From assembly GCA_039920285.1 (NCBI GenBank), contig JBDSDX010000001.1, positions 480,001 through 512,000 on the forward strand: a stretch of 32,000 nt of DNA, in the 5' to 3' direction. The stretch comes from Candidatus Saccharimonadota bacterium (GTDB lineage Bacteria > Patescibacteriota > Saccharimonadia > Saccharimonadales > Saccharimonadaceae). Under the pieces are notes generated by a model, which was not told where the DNA came from, ran no database searches, and was given only the letters and a program-made list of their open reading frames with translations. A program made the position numbers and the translations under genes. This document shows positions 26,200 to 32,000 of this stretch, one piece after another. How positions within the stretch are numbered: the first letter of the stretch is position 1; every line of letters starts with the position of its first letter.

Positions 26200-27423
26200 A
26201 TGACTTCCCTGAAGCTTTCCGAAGAGTTGCAATGGCGCGGCATCATTAACCAGATGACCTACGCCAACATTACCGAACTTGATCAAGGCCCTATCTCTTT
26301 CTATTGGGGGGTTGACCCGAGTGCAGACAGTATGACCGTCGGAAACTTCGCCGCGGCAATGATGGTACGTCACTTTATTGAGGCTGGTCATAAAGCATAT
26401 CTCCTCGTTGGTGGTGCTACCGGCATGATCGGTGATCCAGATGGCAAAAAAGATGAACGGAATCTCCTAAGTGTTGACGATATTGCTCGAAATAAAACCG
26501 CCATTGCTGAGCAGTACAAAACTGTCTTTGCTGGTCAAGATTTTGAAATTGTTGATAACTATGACTGGTTTAAGGCTATTAACTACCTCGACTTCCTCCG
26601 TGAAGTTGGTAAGAATGTTCCTCTCAGTCAAATGTTGAGTCGTGAATTCGTGCAATCTCGCCTCGGCCATGATGGCTCTGGTATTAGTTACGCAGAATTT
26701 AGCTATTCGTTGATACAAGGCTATGACTTTTTGCATCTTAATCGTGCGCATGGTGTGACGCTTCAGGTATGTGGAGCTGATCAATGGGGTAATTCAATTG
26801 CTGGTGTCGATCTCATTCGACGACTTGAGGGTAAAGTTGCAAATGTCTACTCAACACCACTTGTCATAAATAAGACAACCGGTAAGAAGTTTGGCAAATC
26901 TGAAGAAGGTGCCGTCTGGCTTGATCCAACAAAGACGAGTGTCTTTAAGTTTTACCAATTCTGGCTCAACGCTGGTGACGCTGATGTTATCGACTATGCA
27001 AAGATCTTTACTATGCTCAGTCGTGAGCAAGTCAAAGAGCTTGAAAAGCAAGTTGCTGACAACCCAGGTGCTCGTGACGCGCAAAAAACATTGGCTCATG
27101 AAGTCACTAAGATTGTTCACGGCGCTGAACGCACAACGAGTGTCGAGAAAGTAACGGCTGTTCTTTTTGGCAACACGAAGGTACAGGAACTATCAAACGA
27201 CGAAGTTGAGATGTTGGCTGGTGAGATTCCATCGTTTATTACAGGTAAGTCGTTAATCGAAGTATTAGTTGAGTCGGAAAGCGCTAGTAGTAATGGCGAA
27301 GCGCGTCGACTGATTGAAAGTAATGCGATCTCAATTAACGGTGAAAAAGTCAGTGCTGATTCGACTATTTCTGAACTTTCTCTTGTCAAAAAAGGCAAGA
27401 ATAGCTTTATCCTCGTCCGCTAA
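26200..27423 (+). CDS. tyrS: Tyrosine--tRNA ligase
   Basis: Collinear with bacterial TyrRS throughout (GGATGMIGDP, FSYSLIQGYDF, GADQWGN, KFGKS, C-terminal S4 domain). The HIGH position reads TVGN. Confidence 0.9.
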   Translation: MTSLKLSEELQWRGIINQMTYANITELDQGPISFYWGVDPSADSMTVGNFAAAMMVRHFIEAGHKAYLLVGGATGMIGDPDGKKDERNLLSVDDIARNKTAIAEQYKTVFAGQDFEIVDNYDWFKAINYLDFLREVGKNVPLSQMLSREFVQSRLGHDGSGISYAEFSYSLIQGYDFLHLNRAHGVTLQVCGADQWGNSIAGVDLIRRLEGKVANVYSTPLVINKTTGKKFGKSEEGAVWLDPTKTSVFKFYQFWLNAGDADVIDYAKIFTMLSREQVKELEKQVADNPGARDAQKTLAHEVTKIVHGAERTTSVEKVTAVLFGNTKVQELSNDEVEMLAGEIPSFITGKSLIEVLVESESASSNGEARRLIESNAISINGEKVSADSTISELSLVKKGKNSFILVR

Positions 27424-27437
27424 GCTACTATATATAT

Positions 27438-29468
27438 ATGAATCTGACCACGTCGCTCAGCCAGATCAAAGGGGTGGGTGAAAAAACCTTTGAACAATTT
27501 CAATTAGCCGGTCTCGAGACGGTCGGTGATCTTATCGATTTCCTTCCGCGTACGTATGAAGATTTTTCACACGCTTCAACTATCGCTGACATAAAGCCAG
27601 GTAAGGTCACGATCAAAGCTCACTGTGAAAAGATCTCGACACGCCCTGTTCGTCGCGGACTACGCGTTACAACGGCAACACTTGCCGACGAGTCTGGAAA
27701 AATTCAAGCTGTTTGGTTTAATCAACCATATAGAGAGACACAATTAAAATCTGGTGAAGAGTTTTTCTTTTCAGGAGAATTTGAGTTTAGTTTTAATAAG
27801 TATCAACTCACGAATCCGAGTGCTGAGAAAGCAACCGATATGCCTGTTCAAACAGATCGAATTCTGCCGGTATATCGTTCGATCCATGGACTGAAGACAA
27901 CTGTCGTTCGTAAAATCTTACATGAACTACGGCCATTGATGACGATGCTCCCTGAAACACTGCCAGATGAAGTAGTAAAAGACGAATCATTGATTAGTCG
28001 AGGTGATGCGGTGTTGGGTATGCACTTTCCTGATAGTATTGAGGATATTTCTAAGGCTAAGGAGCGGATCGCCTTCGAAGAATTATTTGCTCTACTGCTC
28101 GCGAGTCAGATGAATCGGATGGAGAACGCAAAACTTCAAGGCTGGCCAATTCCTTTTAACCAACGTGTGGTGAAAGCTTTTGTGAATGAGTTACCATTCA
28201 ATTTAACCAACGCACAGCGGTCGGCAGCGTGGGATATCTTACAAGATTTCGAAAAAGAAATTCCAATGAACCGCCTCCTTCAAGGTGATGTAGGATCGGG
28301 GAAGACTGTCGTTGCAGGCCTAGCAGCTCGACAAGCCGCCCATGAGGGATTTCAAACTGCATTAATGGCACCCACAGAAATACTGGCATCGCAACATGCC
28401 GAGACACTCAATCGACTCTTGTCTCCCTTTGGAGTGAAAGTGGGGCTGCTAACTGGGAGTGTGAAAGGTAAAGCTCGAGAACAACTCTACGCAGCGATTC
28501 AGAATGGTGATGTCGATGTGGTTGTCGGAACTCATGCACTGATTCAGTCAACGGTTAATTTTCATAAGTTAGGATTTGTCGTTATCGACGAGCAGCATCG
28601 ATTTGGTGTGAATCAACGTCAAGAATTATTAAAAAAATCTCAACACATGCCGCATCTCCTAGCGATGACAGCAACGCCGATTCCGCGGAGCCTCGCGTTA
28701 ACAGTATATGGAGAACTTGATGTCTCGATCTTGAACGAGAAGCCAAAGGACCGTAAGGATGTTAAGACCAAGATCTGGTCACCGAATAGCCGTCCGCAAC
28801 TATACAGTTTAATTGAGTCTGAACTTCAGAAGGGTCATCAGGCCTACGTTATCTGCAGTCTAATAGATAATAACCCCACTAACGAACTCAAGAGTGTTCA
28901 GCAAGAGTTCAAGCGTCTTGATCAATCAGTTTTTAAGAAAGAAACGATAGGCTTATTGCACGGCAAGCTCAAATCAGTCGAAAAAGAGGCGGTGATGGGT
29001 CAATTTGCTGCAGGAGAGATAGATATCCTTGTGAGTACGACTGTCGTTGAGGTGGGTGTCGACGTACCAAATGCCACGGTTATTTTGATCGAAGATGCTG
29101 ATCGCTTTGGGTTAGCCCAGCTCCACCAACTTCGGGGTCGAGTCGGGCGCAGTAGTGAACAGAGCTATTGTTACTTGATGACAAGTTCTTCGAGTGCGCC
29201 AAGTCAGCGTCTGAAAGAGATCGAAAAAAGTACTGACGGTTTCTACTTGGCGGAAGTCGATCTCAAACTTCGTGGTCCTGGCGAGATTTATGGTCGCGCA
29301 CAGCATGGTGAACTGAACCTACAAGTGGCGAGCTTGGGTGACACACGGCAAGTCTCACGAGCTCAAAAAGCTGCTCAAGCTTTCGTCGCGAAGGGGTTAA
29401 ATCTGTTACACTATAAGCAGTTGGCAGGTGCTGTGCAACATTATCAGCGCCTCACCACACTCAATTAA
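27438..29468 (+). CDS. recG: ATP-dependent DNA helicase RecG
   Basis: N-terminal wedge/OB domain, helicase motif I GDVGSGKT, motif II DEQHRFG and QLRGRVGR, in a 676-aa protein. Confidence 0.95.
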   Translation: MNLTTSLSQIKGVGEKTFEQFQLAGLETVGDLIDFLPRTYEDFSHASTIADIKPGKVTIKAHCEKISTRPVRRGLRVTTATLADESGKIQAVWFNQPYRETQLKSGEEFFFSGEFEFSFNKYQLTNPSAEKATDMPVQTDRILPVYRSIHGLKTTVVRKILHELRPLMTMLPETLPDEVVKDESLISRGDAVLGMHFPDSIEDISKAKERIAFEELFALLLASQMNRMENAKLQGWPIPFNQRVVKAFVNELPFNLTNAQRSAAWDILQDFEKEIPMNRLLQGDVGSGKTVVAGLAARQAAHEGFQTALMAPTEILASQHAETLNRLLSPFGVKVGLLTGSVKGKAREQLYAAIQNGDVDVVVGTHALIQSTVNFHKLGFVVIDEQHRFGVNQRQELLKKSQHMPHLLAMTATPIPRSLALTVYGELDVSILNEKPKDRKDVKTKIWSPNSRPQLYSLIESELQKGHQAYVICSLIDNNPTNELKSVQQEFKRLDQSVFKKETIGLLHGKLKSVEKEAVMGQFAAGEIDILVSTTVVEVGVDVPNATVILIEDADRFGLAQLHQLRGRVGRSSEQSYCYLMTSSSSAPSQRLKEIEKSTDGFYLAEVDLKLRGPGEIYGRAQHGELNLQVASLGDTRQVSRAQKAAQAFVAKGLNLLHYKQLAGAVQHYQRLTTLN

Positions 29469-29471
29469 TAT

Positions 29472-30281
29472 ATGTACGCAGGAACAACAGTCGGAAAAAA
29501 ATCAGGTCATATCATTGGGGTTCACCAACGAATTGATCGCATCGCACGTCGTCATATCACGCCGCTTCTTCCTGATACGTTGAATTTTCCGAAAATTGCC
29601 GATGTCCTTTATTTTGAAGGCAATAACGGTCCTGATGGGATTAAGCGAAAAAGTCCCTCAAAAGACGAACCATGGCATTATATTGACCCAACCAAGCCAC
29701 AGGACCGTGCATTAATTGATATGATTCTTGATCATCAAGTAAACCTGGCAACTGCACTGAAAAAAAAGAACTATGAGCGAGCTTCTTTTGAGACAGCCTG
29801 GATGGCACACGCTATTGTCGATGGTTTAACGCCAGCACATCATTTTCCGCTCGCTGATAAGATCGAGGAACTTTTCGGTATGCCTCACACCGAGCGCCAG
29901 ACGATACGTGAAAAGAATGTCATTAAAGGTGACAATCGTCGCGATACGCTTTCGAAGAACTGGAAATATTGGGGGAAACACGGTATCTTCATTAATCATA
30001 TTATGTTTGAATTTGGGGTTGCCTCAGTTATTCTCGGTCAATCGTTTCGAAATAAAATAGTACACGATGAAGATATCGCACTCTTGGAAGCGAAAGGGTA
30101 CGAAACGGTCTTCCGTGACATTCTTAAGTCAGTCATGTCATTACGAACATACGAACGCTATACCAATAAAGGTTGGGATCGCCAACTCGGGAAAGATGTC
30201 CAGAAAGAACTCGTGCCATTAATTGTTAAAGGTGTCGTGCTTGGCTGGTATGCCGCTGTTCTTGATATGAGGAAGAAATAA
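29472..30281 (+). CDS. Phospholipase C/P1-nuclease-fold zinc-dependent hydrolase (putative)
   Basis: H13, D55, H69 (WHYIDP) and H113-x3-D117-x5-H123 (HAIVDGLTPAH) reproduce the order and spacing of the zinc ligands of Bacillus cereus PC-PLC. No signal peptide is visible. Confidence 0.6.
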   Translation: MYAGTTVGKKSGHIIGVHQRIDRIARRHITPLLPDTLNFPKIADVLYFEGNNGPDGIKRKSPSKDEPWHYIDPTKPQDRALIDMILDHQVNLATALKKKNYERASFETAWMAHAIVDGLTPAHHFPLADKIEELFGMPHTERQTIREKNVIKGDNRRDTLSKNWKYWGKHGIFINHIMFEFGVASVILGQSFRNKIVHDEDIALLEAKGYETVFRDILKSVMSLRTYERYTNKGWDRQLGKDVQKELVPLIVKGVVLGWYAAVLDMRKK

Positions 30282-30823
30282 TGAACGTTCGACTTATTGC
30301 GGGCCGTTTCGGTGGACGTATTATTGAGGGTTCAGATACAGATCGGACACATCCAATGAGTGAACGTATTCGTAACGCTCTGTTCAACAAGATTTCCGAT
30401 GAAATCAAAGATGCAAGTATTCTTGATGCATTTGCAGGCAGCGGGGCAATTGGACTCGAGGCTGTAAGTCGTGGTGCGAAAAACGCTGTTTTGATCGATA
30501 GCGATAAAGTAGCTCAAAAGATTATCGAAAGAAATATTTATCTTTTAGGCGTTCAGAAGGACGTACACCTCATCAGATCTACCGTTTCGAGTTGGGCAAA
30601 ATTGACAGATGAGCGCTTTGACATTATATTTGCTGATCCACCATTCAACGACATGCAGTTATCCACAGTTTCACTATTGTTCGGACTATTAAAACCGAAT
30701 GGGCTTATGGTACTATCATACCCAGGTAAGGGAGAGGTGCCGGCCGAAACGGGAGTTGTTGTGGTGGACAATCGTAGTTACGGAAATGCGGCTCTCGCGT
30801 TTTACCGACAAAAGGATGCTTAG
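30281..30823 (+). CDS. rsmD: 16S rRNA (guanine966-N2)-methyltransferase RsmD
   Basis: RPMSERIRNALFN, SAM motif LDAFAGSGAIGLEAVSRGA and DPPF, in a 180-aa protein. ATGA overlap with the upstream gene. Confidence 0.85.
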   Translation: MNVRLIAGRFGGRIIEGSDTDRTHPMSERIRNALFNKISDEIKDASILDAFAGSGAIGLEAVSRGAKNAVLIDSDKVAQKIIERNIYLLGVQKDVHLIRSTVSSWAKLTDERFDIIFADPPFNDMQLSTVSLLFGLLKPNGLMVLSYPGKGEVPAETGVVVVDNRSYGNAALAFYRQKDA

Positions 30824-30833
30824 GCATCCTTTT
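30810..30833. terminator. Hairpin overlapping the rsmD stop codon, a possible bidirectional terminator
   Basis: Perfect 10-bp stem AAAAGGATGC/GCATCCTTTT with loop TTAG, which contains the rsmD TAG (30821-30823). It sits between convergent genes. Confidence 0.5.
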
Positions 30834-30852
30834 GATTGAGGTAAAATCTTTT

Positions 30853-31278
30853 TTATTCAGCGTTCGTTCGTCGGCCCGTATCGTAGCGAACACGGAACGA
30901 TCGGAAGAGATGGTCTATCGTATCTTGGTCGACTGATGTAATATCTGACGTCCGGCCTTCGATAGTATGAAAGATCATGACGTCATCCAGCGCAGTGGTC
31001 GCAAAACCTTCAATGATCGCATTATTCGGCGGGTGCTTGACTCGCAGTTCGAGTAACGGTGCAAATGTGCCTTCGTGACCAGGTCCAAGGTAAGGGTTAA
31101 GGTCGGTAATCGCAGCCTCAGCGAGCAGACCATCACCCAATTTTAATGTTCCATAGAATAATAATGATGGATTGAGTGCTCGAATCACGGCAATACGCGC
31201 CACGTCATGACGGAACTGATCAACCGGGTGGATATGTTCACCGGCAGGTGTGGGTCGAACGAATTCGAAATCACTCAT
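30853..31278 (-). CDS. Hypothetical protein (141 aa)
   Basis: The track ORF 30853-31374 is trimmed to ATG 31278 (MSDFEFVRPT...) because the longer form runs through a terminator and into tRNA-Leu. I recognise no motif. Confidence 0.55.
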   Translation of the reverse strand: MSDFEFVRPTPAGEHIHPVDQFRHDVARIAVIRALNPSLLFYGTLKLGDGLLAEAAITDLNPYLGPGHEGTFAPLLELRVKHPPNNAIIEGFATTALDDVMIFHTIEGRTSDITSVDQDTIDHLFRSFRVRYDTGRRTNAE

Positions 31279-31284
31279 ATACTT

Positions 31285-31290
31285 ATAATA
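31285..31290 (-). promoter_or_regulatory. -10-like box TATTAT (minus strand), 6 nt upstream of the 141-aa ORF
   Basis: The complement of 31285-31290 reads TATTAT. It lies directly downstream of the tRNA terminator. Confidence 0.35.
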
Positions 31291-31297
31291 TCGCCAA

Positions 31298-31331
31298 ATG
31301 AAAAAGCAGACCAGCCGATCTGCTTTTTCAT
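31298..31331 (-). terminator. Rho-independent terminator after tRNA-Leu
   Basis: Perfect 13-bp stem (31298-31310 pairs with 31319-31331, ATGAAAAAGCAGA/TCTGCTTTTTCAT) with an 8-nt loop and T-runs on both strands. Confidence 0.7.
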
Positions 31332-31332
31332 T

Positions 31333-31417
31333 TGGTGCGCGCGAAAGGACTTGAACCTTCACGCCCGAAAGCACTAGCTCCTAAGGCTAGCGTGTCTACC
31401 AATTCCACCACGCGCGC
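31333..31417 (-). tRNA. tRNA-Leu (anticodon UAG), type II with a long variable arm and encoded CCA
   Basis: I folded the reverse complement by hand. Acceptor stem is GCGCGCG/CGCGCGC and the D loop carries GG. Anticodon stem CTAGC/GCTAG closes loop CTTAGGA. It also has a variable stem-loop, T loop TTCAAGT, discriminator A and CCA. Length is 85 nt. Confidence 0.9.
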
Positions 31418-31427
31418 ATTACGTTAC

Positions 31428-31433
31428 ATTATA
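31428..31433 (-). promoter_or_regulatory. -10 box TATAAT (minus strand) for tRNA-Leu
   Basis: The complement of 31428-31433 reads TATAAT, 10 nt upstream of the mature tRNA 5' end. Confidence 0.45.
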
Positions 31434-31523
31434 ACAGAGGGAATACTGAATATAAAGCAGTGGTCTCAAAGAGAAGTTGCTTGTGCTATCATAGAATTAA
31501 AGACATACAAGGGGATGTGAGGA

Positions 31524-32000
31524 ATGAACAAGATTGCAGTCTATCTAAATGAGCATTTACTGGGTGAAGTCAGTAGCTCTAAAGCCATGCGTCGACGCTA
31601 TAGTCGCGATGGGAGTGTCCTGACTATTACGCCTGAGATTATCGTATTTCCGCGTGTGACAAATGATATCCGAAAAGCAGCTCGTTTTGCGTGGCAACTC
31701 GCCGAAAAAGGACATGCGCTTCCTTTGACGGTTCGAGGCATGGGAACTGACCCAACAGGTGCAGCAATTGGAAAAGGGATGATCATTAGTACCAGTACCC
31801 ACCTCAATAAAATTATCCATGTGGCTATTAAAGAGCGTTTGATTCACGTCCAGCCAGGCGTTACCTTTGATCAACTTAACACCACATTGAAATGGAACGC
31901 GCTTGCCATTCCAAATACACCTGTCGATGGTCGTTATGGAACTGTTGGTGGCGCTATTGCGAGTAATGCACTAGGCTCAAGTGGTGAATTCGGCGCTGCG
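31524..32000 (+). CDS. FAD-binding (PCMH-type) oxidoreductase, GlcD/D-lactate dehydrogenase-like, 5' part only
   Basis: Not in the ORF track because it runs off the window. My hand translation is MNKIAVYLNEHLLGEV...PLTVRGMGTDPTGAAIG...VQPGVTFDQLN...GTVGGAIASNA, which matches the FAD_binding_4 pattern. SD GAGGA precedes ATG 31524. Confidence 0.8.
   Translation, partial: MNKIAVYLNEHLLGEVSSSKAMRRRYSRDGSVLTITPEIIVFPRVTNDIRKAARFAWQLAEKGHALPLTVRGMGTDPTGAAIGKGMIISTSTHLNKIIHVAIKERLIHVQPGVTFDQLNTTLKWNALAIPNTPVDGRYGTVGGAIASNALGSSGEFGAA

Noticed and set aside
31332-31520. A 62-aa plus-strand ORF, and the long form (to 31374) of the minus-strand ORF, both overlapping tRNA-Leu
   Set aside because: Both run through a well-folded tRNA gene and its terminator. 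The minus-strand ORF is kept only from ATG 31278.
30824-31523. The tRNA-Leu locus as the boundary of an integrated mobile element
   Set aside because: No integrase, recombinase or phage gene lies on either side, I saw no duplicated tRNA 3' segment, and the flanking genes are ordinary and tightly packed.
31557-31874. A 105-aa ORF antisense to the FAD-oxidase gene
   Set aside because: The plus strand encodes a clear FAD_binding_4-type sequence that runs off the window. The antisense product has no motif.
1-32000. Alternative genetic code (UGA recoding), as found in some candidate phyla
   Set aside because: All homology-supported genes are full length under the standard code, and their stops (TAA, TAG and TGA) fall at the expected C-termini.

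Overview
This is a densely packed core-genome segment with about 30 protein genes, one tRNA, short intergenic gaps and several start/stop overlaps. I saw no CRISPR array, transposase, integrase or long repeat. Most genes are housekeeping. They include gatC-gatA-[small ORF]-gatB-galU, a ytxG/ytxH-like membrane trio, dnaE, a SpoU/TrmH methyltransferase, a GspE/PilB-type ATPase and rplS. They continue with an rnhB-yraN fusion, pepN, a signal-anchored DUF1524 nuclease, nusA and clpC-[HExxH ORF]-radA-PIN/TRAM. The last part holds a class A PBP, tyrS-recG-[PLC-fold ORF]-rsmD, a 141-aa orphan ORF, tRNA-Leu(UAG) and the 5' part of an FAD-linked oxidase. Synteny (clpC-radA-yacL, rplS-rnhB-yraN, ytxG-ytxH) resembles monoderm bacteria, and the compaction suggests a reduced genome, possibly Patescibacteria/Saccharibacteria-like; this is inference only. 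I found no clear multi-gene novel system such as a defence island. The most unusual items are: (1) a membrane-tethered HEPN-like RNxxxH mini-protein translationally coupled inside gatCAB; (2) consensus -10 boxes 6-9 nt from the ATG of nine genes, implying leaderless mRNAs, while other genes have leaders with Shine-Dalgarno (SD) sites; (3) a promoter/terminator-hairpin/SD arrangement in the nusA leader; (4) an extracytoplasmic HExxH coiled-coil protein overlapping clpC; (5) a TyrRS whose HIGH motif reads TVGN; (6) a phospholipase C/P1-nuclease-fold protein between recG and rsmD; (7) an RNase HII-YraN fusion. All functional calls rest on motif recognition by eye. No database search was run.
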